A stretch of 64,000 nt of DNA from an uncultured delta proteobacterium (GCA_963848295.1 CAWKDB010000011.1:288001-352000), one strand, 5' to 3'. Shown: positions 30,130 to 43,011, counted from the stretch's first letter. Notes: a model not told the origin generated them from the sequence alone. Translations and numbers: made by a program.

Positions 30130-30453
30130 ATGTCGTTCTACGCCCTCGACTTCGCCCTCGCCGTCCTGCACCAGCTCGCCCCGATCGAGGCCAAGGTCCG
30201 CCGCACGCGCAAGTCACTCGCCGACGAGATCGTCCGCGCCGGCGAGAGCGTCGCGCTCAACCTCAGCGAGGGCCGCATGCGTGTCGGGCTCGATCGCCCC
30301 GACTTCTATCGCCGCGCCGCCGGCAGCGCGAGCGAGCTCACGACCGCCCTCCTGATCGCGCGCGCCCGCGGCATCATCTCCGCCGAGGACTTCGCCGCGG
30401 TCGACGAGCCGCTCGACCACGTGCGCGCGATCCTCTGGCGGCTCACGCACTAG
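30130..30453 (+). CDS. Four-helix-bundle protein, copy B
   Basis: LADEIVRAGESVALNLSEG..YRRAAGSASELTTALLIA; GGAGG RBS; clear paralog of 29080..29400. Confidence 0.9.
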   Translation: MSFYALDFALAVLHQLAPIEAKVRRTRKSLADEIVRAGESVALNLSEGRMRVGLDRPDFYRRAAGSASELTTALLIARARGIISAEDFAAVDEPLDHVRAILWRLTH

Positions 30454-30633
30454 CGCTTGCGCCGGCCGCCGCGCCGGCGAAACCGATTTCGGCGCCCTTC
30501 GCGCAAGGCAACAACAACCCGGAGCGCCTGGAGCGCCGAGCACCCAAGCGGCGCGGGGTGTCAGCAAGAGAACGTCGCCTCGTTAGCAGCAGGAGCTGAT
30601 AGATGTGTCGCCGATGTCTCGAGCAGTTCGCGA

Positions 30634-30775
30634 CGGCGACGGCGACGGCGACGGTATCGGTATCGGCATCGGCATCGGCGTCGGCGACGGCGTCGGCTTC
30701 GGCGACGGCGTCGGCTTCGGCGACGGCGTCGGCTTCGGCGACGGCTCCGGCGACGGCTTCGGCGACGGCTTCCGG
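30634..30775. repeat. Second degenerate hexamer tract (CGGYNN)n, about 24 units
   Basis: cggcga cggcga ... cggtat cggcat cggcgt cggctt; same strand orientation as the 29639 tract. Confidence 0.9.
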
Positions 30776-31540
30776 TCACGCGACGGGCTTGATGCCCATC
30801 GCCTCGAGGATCTCGCCGACCACCATCTCGCCGAGGCGTTGGATCTGCTGCTCGCCCTCGGCGACCGAGGCCGCGGCCGGATCGCCGGCGTACGCGAGCT
30901 CCATGCCCATCGCCTGAAACGTCGTGACGCCGGCCCCGAGCTGATCGCTCAAGCTGATCGGCACCGGCGCCAGCACGCCGCGCATCGAGTCGTTCACGAA
31001 CTCGGGAGCCGCGGCCATCATGATCGAGGTCTCGTAGCGCCCGGCGTGACACTGGCCGCTCTTGAATTCGGCAGATAGCGTACGCGCCCAGCGCTTCGTC
31101 AACGGGCACGCGACGATGACCTTGCTGCCGCGACCCTCGAGCACCGCGCGCACTGCGGCGTCGTGCGCTGGCTCGAGGTGGTTGTTGACGAGGCACACGT
31201 GGCGAAGCCCGCTCGCGAGCAGGCCGTCGCACACCGCCGCGAGGTACGCGGTCAACACCGTCGCAGGAATCGACACCGCGCCGGCAAACCCGGTCGCGCA
31301 CTCGGTGACGCCGTAGCTGACCGCGGGCGCGATCACGCCGACCATCGTGCCGCGCTTCTCCAGCAACTCGGCCGCTCGCAGGCAAGCCGCGGCCGAGATC
31401 ACGACGTCGGTGCCGAGCCCCAGGTGCGGGCCGTGCGGCTCCGTCGATCCGATCGGCACGAGCGCGATGACGCCGCGCTTGCCGCCTACCAAGTCGGTCA
31501 GGCTCGCGGTGGTGTGGCGAGCCAGGAACTTTTCGGTCAC
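30776..31540 (-). CDS. Creatininase family amidohydrolase
   Basis: [32 protein letters not shown]. Confidence 0.9.
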   Translation of the reverse strand: MTEKFLARHTTASLTDLVGGKRGVIALVPIGSTEPHGPHLGLGTDVVISAAACLRAAELLEKRGTMVGVIAPAVSYGVTECATGFAGAVSIPATVLTAYLAAVCDGLLASGLRHVCLVNNHLEPAHDAAVRAVLEGRGSKVIVACPLTKRWARTLSAEFKSGQCHAGRYETSIMMAAAPEFVNDSMRGVLAPVPISLSDQLGAGVTTFQAMGMELAYAGDPAAASVAEGEQQIQRLGEMVVGEILEAMGIKPVA

Positions 31541-33209
31541 CGCAGCTCTCCTCGTGCTTCGCGCTCGATCAGCAGCTTCTTGTCGACCTTGCCGCGATCG
31601 TTCTTCGGCAGATCGTCGACGAACACGATCCAGCGCGGGTACTTGTGCTTCGACAGCTTCGTTTGCACGAAGCTCTTTAGCTCGGTTTCGAGTGCCGCGC
31701 GATCACCTCGGCGCGCTTCCGGGCGCAACACGATCACCGCCTTGGGCTTGGTCAGGCCGGCGTCGTCCGCCGGAATCACCGCCGCGACCGACACCGCCGG
31801 GTGGGCGAGCAGGCACTCTTCGACCTCGCGCGGCGCGACGAAGATGCCGCCGACCTTGAACAGATCGTCGGCGCGGCCCGAAAAGTACAGGTAGCCGCGC
31901 GCGTCGATCGAGAACAGATCGCCGGTGCGGCACCAATGGCCGTGAAACGTGGTCCAGCTCTTGTCGCGGTCTTGGAAGTAGCCGTGCGCGACGCTGTCGC
32001 CCTTGACCCATAACACGCCGATCTCGCCGGGCGGCAGCTCCGGTGCGCCCGGGCCTTCGGCATCCTCGGCGAGGACCTTCAGCGTGTAGCCTTCGACCGC
32101 TCGGCCGAGCGAGCCAGGTTGAACGTCGCCCGGACGGTTCGAGCAGTAGATGTGGAACATCTCGGCCGAGCCGATGCCGTCGTAGATATTCGGCGGCTTG
32201 CCGGCGCCGAACCGTTCGGTGAACCGGCGGAGCAGCGGCTCCGGCAACGCCTCGCCGGCGGACAGCTGGAACCGCACCGACGAGAAATCCAAGCCCGGTT
32301 TGCCTTGTGCGCGCCGCTCGTCGTCGAGATCGAGCAGCTTGCCGAGCATGGTCGGCACGTTCGTGACGATCGTCGCGCGATAACGTTTGATCGCCTCGGA
32401 CACGCTCTCCGGCGTCGGCCGCTCGGAGAATAGCCCTACCGTCGCGCCGACCGCAAACGGGAACCACAGGTTCGTCCCGGTCGCGTAGCCGAAGAACAGC
32501 CGCGGCACGCTGACCGACACGTCGGACTCGCGATAGCCGACGGTCTGCTTCGCGTACACCTCGGTGTTGAACGCGAAGTCGCGGTGGCTGTGCATCGCGG
32601 CCTTCGGCCGACCGGTCGAGCCCGACGTGAACAGCCAGATCGCGGGATCGTCGCGGCGAATCCTCGGCAGTGCGACGATGCGCGACCGACCGATCGCGAT
32701 CGTTCGCGCCAGCGAGACGCAGCGCGGCAAGCCGTCGACCGCGGGGCAATCTTGCTCGGGATCGTCGCCGGTCGCGGCATCGGGCGACAGCAACACGAGC
32801 TTGAGGTTCGCCGCCTTCGGGTTCGCCGGCCCGAAGTGCGAGGCGAGCTGCTTGCCGACCGCAGGCGTCGTGATCAGCACTGCGGCGCGGACATACTCGA
32901 CGACGTACGCGAGGTCCTCGATCGGCGCGTGCGGGTTGCCCATCGTGACGACCCCACCGGCGGCGAGCGTGCCGAAGATGCTCCACGCGAACGCCGGCGT
33001 ATCGGGCAACACGATGTAGACGCGCTGTTCGGGCACGAGGCCGCCCGCGACGAGTGCTCCCGCGAGCGCGCGCGACCGCTCCGCGACCTCGCCATAGCTC
33101 CACTGGCGATCGCCAAACCGCAGCGCGATGTTGCCGGCCTTGCCCTCGCGCTCGCGCGCGAACAAGAAGTAGTCCGCGAGATCGAAGTCTTCCGGGAACG
33201 TCACCGCGG

Positions 33210-33213
<4 letters not shown>
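31537..33213 (-). CDS. Benzoate-CoA ligase family (aminobenzoate-CoA ligase-like)
   Basis: WLFTSGSTGRPK, LFFGYATG, SAGEALP, DGIGSAEMFHIY, RTGD, GRADDLFKVGG. Confidence 0.9.
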
Positions 33214-34385
<1,172 letters not shown>

Positions 34386-34389
34386 CGCG

Positions 34390-35214
34390 TCAGTCCGGTT
34401 TCGTAGGAGCGCCGGCGAATCGCGCCGGTCGATTCGCTTTGAACGCTGCGTGCGCTTCTGCAAAGTCGCCGTGCTGCATGCACAACGCCTGCGCTTGGGC
34501 CTCGGCCTCGATCGCATCGCCGAGCGCCATCGCGTGCTCGCTCTCGAGCATCTGCTTGGTCATCGCATGCGCGAACGCCGGCCCGGCCGCGAGCTGATCC
34601 GCCCACTGCCGGGCGAGCGCGACCGCTGCGTCTGCATCGTCGACCACCCGGTTGACGAACCCGATGCGCAACGCGTGCGCCGCGTCGATCACCTCACCGA
34701 ACATCAGCAACTCGGTCGCGTGGCCGAGGCCGACGATCCGCGGGAGCAAGTACGTCACGCCCATGTCGGCGCCGGACAACCCGACTTTCGGGAAGATGAA
34801 GCCGAACTGCGCGGCCGCCGCCGCGATCCGCAGATCGCACGCGCACGCGATCACCGCGCCGGCTCCAACCGCGACGCCGTTGATCGCCGCGATCACCGGT
34901 CGGCGACAGCGTCGGATCGCCGCGATCAGTCGACCGGTTGCACGCGTGAACGCGAGCAGCTCGGGCGTCGAGCGTCCCAACAGGTGATGGATGATGTCGT
35001 CCTGATCGCCACCCGAGCAGAACCCGCGCCCGGCCCCGGTCACGATCACCGCGCGCACGTCATCCACGCGATCGAGCTGTTCGAACGTCTCGGCGAGCTC
35101 GCGATAGCTCTCGAACGTGAGCGCGTTGAGCCGCTTGGGCCGATCGAGCGTGATCAGAGCGACGCCCGCGGCGAGCTCGAGCTTGAACGTCGCGGGCGCG
35201 GGCAGCGTGCTCAT
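34390..35214 (-). CDS. Enoyl-CoA hydratase/isomerase family
   Basis: DRPKRLNAL, FCSGGD, AAINGVAVGAG, GADMG. Confidence 0.9.
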   Translation of the reverse strand: MSTLPAPATFKLELAAGVALITLDRPKRLNALTFESYRELAETFEQLDRVDDVRAVIVTGAGRGFCSGGDQDDIIHHLLGRSTPELLAFTRATGRLIAAIRRCRRPVIAAINGVAVGAGAVIACACDLRIAAAAAQFGFIFPKVGLSGADMGVTYLLPRIVGLGHATELLMFGEVIDAAHALRIGFVNRVVDDADAAVALARQWADQLAAGPAFAHAMTKQMLESEHAMALGDAIEAEAQAQALCMQHGDFAEAHAAFKANRPARFAGAPTKPD

Positions 35215-35612
35215 TCTTCGTGCTCCAGGTACGCGACCACTTGGATCTCGACGAGCGCCTCGGGCTCGACCAGCGCGGTCACGCCGACCAGTGCCATCGC
35301 GGGGAAGTACGTGCCCAGCCGCTCGCGCCAGACCGCGCCAATGGCTTTGCGCGCGGCGCGATACGCGGCGATGTCGGTGACGTAGACCGTCATCGCCGCG
35401 ATGTCCGTCGGATGCGCGTGCACCGCCCGGAGCACCGCGAGCACGTTATCGAGCGTCTGCGCGAACTGCCCGACCAGGTCCGTGGCGACGAACACTTGCT
35501 GCGCGTTCCACCCGATCTGTCCGGCGACGTGCAGCACCTTACCGTGGCCGATCCGGCCATCGGCGTAGCCCTTCGGCGTGACACCTTCGAGCAACACCAG
35601 CTCCGTGCTCAT
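35211..35612 (-). CDS. RidA/YjgF family protein
   Basis: KGYADG, VAGQIGW, YFPAMALVGV..LVEI. Confidence 0.88.
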   Translation of the reverse strand: MSTELVLLEGVTPKGYADGRIGHGKVLHVAGQIGWNAQQVFVATDLVGQFAQTLDNVLAVLRAVHAHPTDIAAMTVYVTDIAAYRAARKAIGAVWRERLGTYFPAMALVGVTALVEPEALVEIQVVAYLEHEE

Positions 35613-36373
35613 TTCAGGATCGCTCCTCCATCGATGACGATGGTCTGGCCGTGGATGCCGCGCGCGCCGTGCTCGCACAACGAGACGACCGCGTGCGCGA
35701 CCTCATCGGGCTCGATCATGCGCTTCTGCGGGCTCATCGCCTCGAGCGTGGCCCGCGCGTCTGCGACGCTGCGCTTGGTCTTCTCCGCGATCCGCGCGAC
35801 CGCATCGCCGGCGAGCTGCGTGTCGACCCACCCCGGGCACACCGCGTTGATCGTCACGCCGGTGCGCGCGAGCTCGATCGCGAGCGCACGAGTCATCCCG
35901 ACCAACGCGTGCTTTGCGGCGCAGTACGCGGTCGAATAGGCGTAGCCCGAGACACCGGCGTTCGAGGCGATGTTGATGATCCGGCCCCACTTGGCCGCGG
36001 TCATCGCCGGCGCGAGCGCCCGAATCAACCGGAACGGCGCGGTCGCATCGAGCTCGAGGATGCGATCCCAGATCGCATCGGTCGTGCGATCGAGCGCCGC
36101 GCTCTCCGCGATCCCCGCGTTGTTGACGAGGATGTCGACGCGACCGTGCGCGGCGAGCTCGGCGACGAGCCGATCGGTCGCCCGCCGATCGCCGAGATCG
36201 GCGACGAGCGCGACGCCCCCGACCGCGTTCGCGACCGCCTGCAAGTCAGCCGAGCCGCGCCCACACACGACAGCCTTCGCACCCGCCGCCGCCAGCGCGC
36301 GCGCACACGCGGCGCCGATGCCTCGGCCACCACCGGTGACGAGCGCTAGCCTACCAGCGAGCGGCGGACTCAC
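35609..36373 (-). CDS. SDR oxidoreductase (3-hydroxyacyl-CoA/3-hydroxybutyrate dehydrogenase-like)
   Basis: TGGGRGIG, NNAG, YCAAK, NAVCPG. Confidence 0.9.
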   Translation of the reverse strand: MSPPLAGRLALVTGGGRGIGAACARALAAAGAKAVVCGRGSADLQAVANAVGGVALVADLGDRRATDRLVAELAAHGRVDILVNNAGIAESAALDRTTDAIWDRILELDATAPFRLIRALAPAMTAAKWGRIINIASNAGVSGYAYSTAYCAAKHALVGMTRALAIELARTGVTINAVCPGWVDTQLAGDAVARIAEKTKRSVADARATLEAMSPQKRMIEPDEVAHAVVSLCEHGARGIHGQTIVIDGGAILK

Positions 36374-36385
36374 GCCCGGGGCATA

Positions 36386-37207
36386 TCACGGCGGCGCTGG
36401 CTTGAGGGCGAGCATGATGCCGGTCCACCCGTAGAGGTTCTCGTTCGTCGTCGTCACCGTCTGATCGGCGACCGGACCCGCGGTCGATTGCGCGAGCGAG
36501 CCGGCGAGGAAGTTCTCCGACATCGTGATATCGGAGAGGACGTTGTAGATCGTGGTGAACCCCGCGGGCCCGCTCTGCGTGCTCGGACCGGTGACATCGG
36601 CGTCGTTGTTATCGCCGTACAAGAGCACGATCAGATCGCCATCGGAGGTCGTGGTTAACCCTGGAACGTCTTGCAGCTGTGGCGTGAGATCGATCGTGCA
36701 GGCATCGGTCTCGTTCGTCGTACCGGCGACACCGATCGCGTCGAACGGCGTATTCGGATCGACGCCTCGAAACGAGATGATCGTGGCGTTGCAGTACCCG
36801 CTGCACGTCGCTTGCGGCGCCGGCATCATGCTCAGGTCGGCCGCGAACAGCATGTACACCGCCGACCCCGAGCTCGCGCATTTCGGGTCGGTCCATGGCG
36901 CGACGACCGGTGTCCAGCTCCCGAACACCGGACCGATCCACGATCCGAGATTCTCCGCCCACGTCGCGTGCATCACCATCAGGTCGCCATCGATCGTGCC
37001 GGCGGGAACCGCCACCGCGAGCGACGCGTTCGAGGTGTTGATCCAGCTCGTGTACGCGCCGGCGGCGACGACCGCGATCGCGCCGGAGCTCGCATCCGGC
37101 GATCTGCCGTCACTACCCGGACCCCCGTCGCCGCCCGCCGAACCGAGCGCGAAGTCGATCCGTCCGCACGCGCAGAGTGCGAGCAATGCTAGTCGCGAAC
37201 CGCCCAC
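36386..37207 (-). CDS. Hypothetical lipoprotein with extracellular beta-sandwich-like domain
   Basis: LLALCACGRIDF lipobox; Gly/Asp linker; FRGVD..GDLIV..ALKP pattern; Thr/Ser-rich. Confidence 0.65.
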   Translation of the reverse strand: MGGSRLALLALCACGRIDFALGSAGGDGGPGSDGRSPDASSGAIAVVAAGAYTSWINTSNASLAVAVPAGTIDGDLMVMHATWAENLGSWIGPVFGSWTPVVAPWTDPKCASSGSAVYMLFAADLSMMPAPQATCSGYCNATIISFRGVDPNTPFDAIGVAGTTNETDACTIDLTPQLQDVPGLTTTSDGDLIVLLYGDNNDADVTGPSTQSGPAGFTTIYNVLSDITMSENFLAGSLAQSTAGPVADQTVTTTNENLYGWTGIMLALKPAPP

Positions 37208-37271
37208 ATCCCGCACGGTACGGGCCGGCGGTTCGCGCGTCAAACACCGGTTTCGTCTACGCTCGCGCCCG

Positions 37272-38705
37272 ATGGAGCTCTCCACTCTGGACGCGACCGC
37301 GCAGGCCGAGCTCGTTGCGACGCGTCAGATTTCGCCGCGCGAGCTCGTCGACGCCGCGATCGACCGGATCGAACGCCACAACCCGGAGCTCGGCGCGGTG
37401 ATCCTCCCGCTCTACGACGAAGCGCGCAAGACCGCGGACGCGGCAGTCGACGGTCCGTTTCGCGGTGTGCCGATCTTGATCAAAGACATCGGCGCGACGA
37501 TCGGAGGCGTGCTCTACACCGCTGGCTTGGTCCCGCTTAAGCAGATCGGCTATACGCCCCCGCACGACGCGCACCTCGTCACCCAGCTCAAGCGCGCGGG
37601 CTTCGTGATCGTCGGCAAGAGCAACTGCTCCGAGCTCGGCATCGTGCCCGCCGCGGAACCGCCGGCGTGGCCGCCGACTCACAACCCCTACGATCTCTCG
37701 CGCGGGTCGGGAGGCTCGAGTGGTGGTTCGGCGTGTGCGGTCGCGACAGGGATGGTCCCGATCGCGCATGCGAACGACGGCGGCGGCTCGATCCGGATTC
37801 CGGCGAGCTGCTGCGGCTTGTTCGGGCTCAAGCCGAGTCGCGGCCGCGTCTCGCTCGCGCCGGACCTCGGCGACGTCAACGGCGGGTTGACCTGCGATCA
37901 CGTCGTGACGCGCTCGGTCCGCGATTCGGCGGCGGTGCTCGATCTACTCGCCGGCATGCAACCGGGCGATCCGTATTGCGCGCCGCCCCAGCTCACGCCG
38001 TATCTCGCGGAGGTCGGCGCACCGCCCGGTAGGCTGCGCATCGGCTTCGCGAGCCGACACTTGAGCCTCGACGGCGGCCTGCACGACTCGCATCCCGATT
38101 GCGTCGCCGCGGTCGATCACGCCGCGAAGCTGTGCGAGTCGCTCGGCCATCACGTCGAAGAAGCCGACCTGTCGTCGCTCACCGATCCGGCGTGGGTGCC
38201 GAGCTTCCTGGCGATCTGGGTCGTCGGCGTCGCGACCGAGCTGCGCGAGCTCGCCACGCTGATCGATCGCCCGGTGGTCGAGAGCGATGTCGAGCCGCTG
38301 ACCTGGGCGCTCGGCGAGCTCGGCAAGCTCGTCAACGGCCCGGGCTACGTCGGAGCGTGGCGCTGGATCCAGCGCGCGACGCGACGGATCGCCGGCCTGT
38401 GGCAACGCTACGACGTCTTGCTGACGCCGACCGTGACGTCGCCGCCGGTGCCGCTCGGCACGTTCAAGTCGACGCCCGACGATCCGCTCAGCGGCATCTT
38501 TCGCGCGGGCGATTTCGCGCCGTTCACCGCGGTGTTCAACGGCACCGGGCAACCGGCTGCCTCGATCCCGCTGTATCGCAGCGCGAGCGGACTACCGATC
38601 GGCGTCCAGCTCGCGGGCGCGTATGGCCGCGAAGATCTGTTGATCCGATTGGCGTCGCAGCTCGAAGCCGCGCAACCGTTCGTCCATGCCGCGACGCGCG
38701 CGTAG
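37272..38705 (+). CDS. Amidase signature family protein
   Basis: [41 protein letters not shown]. Confidence 0.93.
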   Translation: MELSTLDATAQAELVATRQISPRELVDAAIDRIERHNPELGAVILPLYDEARKTADAAVDGPFRGVPILIKDIGATIGGVLYTAGLVPLKQIGYTPPHDAHLVTQLKRAGFVIVGKSNCSELGIVPAAEPPAWPPTHNPYDLSRGSGGSSGGSACAVATGMVPIAHANDGGGSIRIPASCCGLFGLKPSRGRVSLAPDLGDVNGGLTCDHVVTRSVRDSAAVLDLLAGMQPGDPYCAPPQLTPYLAEVGAPPGRLRIGFASRHLSLDGGLHDSHPDCVAAVDHAAKLCESLGHHVEEADLSSLTDPAWVPSFLAIWVVGVATELRELATLIDRPVVESDVEPLTWALGELGKLVNGPGYVGAWRWIQRATRRIAGLWQRYDVLLTPTVTSPPVPLGTFKSTPDDPLSGIFRAGDFAPFTAVFNGTGQPAASIPLYRSASGLPIGVQLAGAYGREDLLIRLASQLEAAQPFVHAATRA

Positions 38706-39293
38706 CTACGGCAGCTGCTTGCGGATGTTCGCGATCACTTCGGCGTAGCTCGTGCTCTCGACGACCTCCGCCATCTCGGCGGTGTAGCGCGACACCAGAT
38801 CTTCGCGACCGCGATCGATCGCATCGCGCCGCGCGTTATGGAGCGTTAGAAACGCGCGCTCGGCATTCGAGAAGTACTGCACGGCGGCGAGCACGGCCCG
38901 CGCGGTCGACATCGTGATCGAGCGCGACGCATCGCCGAACGAGAACCGCCGGCCCTCGGAGTTCGTGATGTCGAGCGTGACCTTGCCGACAGCGTCGACG
39001 CCATGCATCGCCTTCTTGGTCTCGATGTCGGCGGCCAGGTGAAACCCGGTGAGCTGTAGCGTCCTGAGCGATTGATACTCGCGCGCGTAGCGAGCGAGTA
39101 AGCCCGAGTACAGCGCGTCGACCACGCCGACGCCTTTGCCCTCGACCTCGACCGGGGTCTCGCCTTCGAGCACGGTGATCTTCGCGGCGCAACCATCGGC
39201 GGTCTCGTCGATGGCGAGCCTGGCGACCGACAGCGCGAGGAAGTTCGCGCCGAGGACTCGACGGATCAGAGGATCGTGCTCCAAGGTGATCAC
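38706..39293 (-). CDS. Hypothetical protein with LeuA allosteric (dimerisation) domain-like region
   Basis: EGKGVGVVDALY, L.GF, VTL, S..ITMSTARAVLAAV resemble the LeuA C-terminal domain. Confidence 0.5.
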   Translation of the reverse strand: MITLEHDPLIRRVLGANFLALSVARLAIDETADGCAAKITVLEGETPVEVEGKGVGVVDALYSGLLARYAREYQSLRTLQLTGFHLAADIETKKAMHGVDAVGKVTLDITNSEGRRFSFGDASRSITMSTARAVLAAVQYFSNAERAFLTLHNARRDAIDRGREDLVSRYTAEMAEVVESTSYAEVIANIRKQLP

Positions 39294-39438
39294 ACGGTCA
39301 GTTTACCCCCGTCGTCGCCGGTGCGCCGGTGCGATCCTGCGTCGCAGGGATCATATGGCCGAGGTTGCGTGCAGTTGGCCGAACTCCCGGTCGTGCGTGC
39401 GTCACACGGCTTACATGCACGTGGCATAGTTTGCCGCC

Positions 39439-40074
39439 GTGTCGCTCGTCCAGCTCCGCCGTCACGTCGCCCACTTGCGGGCGTGCACTGCCTGCCCCGA
39501 AATGATCGGGCCGGTCGTGACCGGTGAACCCGTGCTCTCGCCGGTGATGCTCGTCGGGCAGGCGCCGGGGACCCACGAAGGCCCGGCCGGCAAACCGTTC
39601 GCTTGGACCGCCGGCAAGACGATGTTCGCGTGGTTCGCGAGCATCGGTCTGCCCGAAGCGGAGTTTCGCCGCCACATCTATATGGCCGCAGTATGTCGCT
39701 GCTTCCCGGGCAAGGCGGCGAGCGGCGGCGATCGCGTACCGTCGCCCGCCGAGGTCGAGCGCTGCAGCGTGCATCTCCGCGCGGAGGTCGAGCTGCTCGA
39801 GCCCGAGCTGATCATTCCCGTGGGCAAGCTCGCGATCGCCCAGCTCGCGCCCGACACCGACAAGCTGGTCGACATCGTCGGCCAGACCCGGCGCGCGACG
39901 ATCGCCGGCGTCGCGACCGACGTGATCGCCTTGCCGCATCCGTCGGGCGCCTCGACCTGGCATCGCACCGAACCCGGCAAGTCACTGCTCGCGCGAGCGC
40001 TGCAAGCGATCGGTAAGCATCCGGCGTGGCAGCGTGTGGTCGCGAACGCGAGCGAGCATAGGATGTCGTCGTGA
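39439..40074 (+). CDS. Uracil-DNA glycosylase family protein (Fe-S type)
   Basis: CTACP, VGQAPG, CRCFPG, LPHPSGAS. Confidence 0.9.
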   Translation: MSLVQLRRHVAHLRACTACPEMIGPVVTGEPVLSPVMLVGQAPGTHEGPAGKPFAWTAGKTMFAWFASIGLPEAEFRRHIYMAAVCRCFPGKAASGGDRVPSPAEVERCSVHLRAEVELLEPELIIPVGKLAIAQLAPDTDKLVDIVGQTRRATIAGVATDVIALPHPSGASTWHRTEPGKSLLARALQAIGKHPAWQRVVANASEHRMSS

Positions 40075-41156
40075 GTCGCGTCGCCGAATTGCTCGCCGAG
40101 CTCGTCGCGCTGCCGACCCAGCAAGCCGGCAGCGATGGCCAGCCAGGCAACGAGCTCGCGCTGTGCGAGCACCTCGCGCCGATGCTGCGTGCCCGCGGCG
40201 CCGACGAGGTCGTCGTGCAAGCCGCGCCGCGCACGGATGGCAGCCCCGGCGCCTTCGTGTTCGCGCGCTGGGGCTCGCCGACGCGGATCATCAATGCGCA
40301 CGTCGACACCGTGCCCGCGAACGCCGGCTGGTCGCGCGATCCGTGGCAGCCCGCGATCGTCGGCGATCGGCTCTACGGCCTCGGCTCGTGCGACACCAAG
40401 GGTGCGATCGCCGCGACGCTCGTCGCACTCGACGCGGGCCAGCCGCGCGATCGCGGCGTGCTGTTCTCGGGCGACGAAGAAGCGGGCAGCGCGATCATCG
40501 ACGCGTTCCTCGCATCGCGCCATGCGACGGGCATCCGCGAAGCGATCGTGTGCGAGCCGACCGCACGCGCCGCAGGCATCGCCCATCGCGGCATCCTCGG
40601 CCAACGCGCGACGCTCGTCGGCACTGGCGGTCATTCGTCGAAGGCCGACTTCATGCCGCGCCCGCTCGCTCAGCTCGCGCGGCTCGCGGTCGCGATCGAT
40701 GACCTCGGGCGCGCGCAGCTCCATGCCGGCCCGCCCGGCATGACCGGCCTGTGCCTCAACATCGCCGCCCTGACCGGCGGTGTCGCGTTCAACGTCGTGC
40801 CGGCGCGCGGCGAGCTCGAGTGGTCGCTGCGCCCCTATCCCGGCTTCGATGCCGCGGCGTGGAACGCACAGATCGTCGAGCTCGCGCGCTCGATCGATCC
40901 GGCGATCGCGGTGAGCGCGGCGATCGAGCACGTGCCGTTCTCCTGCGACCGCCTCGCCGCGGTGGTCAAGCCGTTCGTCCGCGCGCCGGTGGCCTTGGAC
41001 TTCTGGACCGAAGCGGCGGTGTTCGCGCAGCACGGTATCGACGCGATCGTGGTCGGCCCCGGCGACATCGCGCAGGCGCACTCGGGCGACGAGTTCGTCG
41101 CGCTCGCCGATCTCGATTGGGCCGTCGACCTCTACCGCGCGATGCTCGGCGACTGA
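40071..41156 (+). CDS. argE: Acetylornithine deacetylase (M20 family)
   Basis: NAHVDTVP, YGLGSCDTKG, DEE, CEPT, GHSS, FWTEA, GPGDIAQAH. Confidence 0.8.
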   Translation: MSRVAELLAELVALPTQQAGSDGQPGNELALCEHLAPMLRARGADEVVVQAAPRTDGSPGAFVFARWGSPTRIINAHVDTVPANAGWSRDPWQPAIVGDRLYGLGSCDTKGAIAATLVALDAGQPRDRGVLFSGDEEAGSAIIDAFLASRHATGIREAIVCEPTARAAGIAHRGILGQRATLVGTGGHSSKADFMPRPLAQLARLAVAIDDLGRAQLHAGPPGMTGLCLNIAALTGGVAFNVVPARGELEWSLRPYPGFDAAAWNAQIVELARSIDPAIAVSAAIEHVPFSCDRLAAVVKPFVRAPVALDFWTEAAVFAQHGIDAIVVGPGDIAQAHSGDEFVALADLDWAVDLYRAMLGD

Positions 41157-41485
41157 TGCGGGTCGCGATCGCGGCGCTCGTCGTGTGTGCGGCGGCTTGG
41201 GCGCACGCCGACCGCACCTGGGACCTTCGAATGCCGCCCGGCACGCACCATGACGCGTCCGGCGAGCTCGTCGCGGGCCGCGGCCTGCGCGACACGACCG
41301 ACTTCATCGCGAAGGAGCTGGCTAGGCGCGGGATCGCCGCCGACCAGGTCGGGCCGTACAGCGTCCGCGGCGTCGAGCTCACCCGGTTCATCAGCAGGAC
41401 GGCGCAGACCGCCTGGCTGGCGGTCCACGTCATGCGGGTCGCCGGCAAGACCGTGATCTTCTTCGTCGCCCGCCCCGGCCCTTGA
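41156..41485 (+). CDS. Small exported hypothetical protein
   Basis: TGATG overlap; signal peptide ending AHA; typical codon usage. Confidence 0.6.
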   Translation: MRVAIAALVVCAAAWAHADRTWDLRMPPGTHHDASGELVAGRGLRDTTDFIAKELARRGIAADQVGPYSVRGVELTRFISRTAQTAWLAVHVMRVAGKTVIFFVARPGP

Positions 41486-41526
41486 CGGCATCGCCCCGCT
41501 ACCGTTAATCAATGGGCCGCCGTCAC

Positions 41527-41600
41527 TCGGGGATCGTCTAATGGCAGGACGCCAGACTCTGACTCTGGCTATCTAGGTTCGAATCCTAGTCCCCGAACCA
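41527..41600 (+). tRNA. tRNA-Gln(CTG)
   Basis: Acceptor stem TCGGGGA/TCCCCGA, anticodon arm CCAGA-CTCTGAC-TCTGG, GGTTCGAATCC T-arm, encoded CCA. Confidence 0.96.
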
Positions 41601-41604
41601 ACGC

Positions 41605-41633
41605 TTGACCGTGCATCACCCCTCTTGTAGAAC
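41605..41633 (+). promoter_or_regulatory. Sigma70-type promoter for tRNA-Glu
   Basis: TTGACC-N17-TAGAAC. Confidence 0.65.
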
Positions 41634-41646
41634 CTCCGCTCCTTCC

Positions 41647-43009
<1,363 letters not shown>

Positions 43010-43011
43010 AG

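Noticed and set aside
28855..30355. Long poly-Arg/poly-Ala/Pro-Ser ORFs across the hexamer tract
   Set aside because: Translations of a stop-free CGGCNN repeat; no protein-like content
29080..30453. Diversity-generating retroelement (Avd-like genes)
   Set aside because: No reverse transcriptase and no TR/VR pair with adenine-specific mismatches in the window
36552..37271. N-terminal extension of the amidase (717-aa ORF)
   Set aside because: Overlaps the opposite-strand lipoprotein gene; amidase homology starts at ATG 37272
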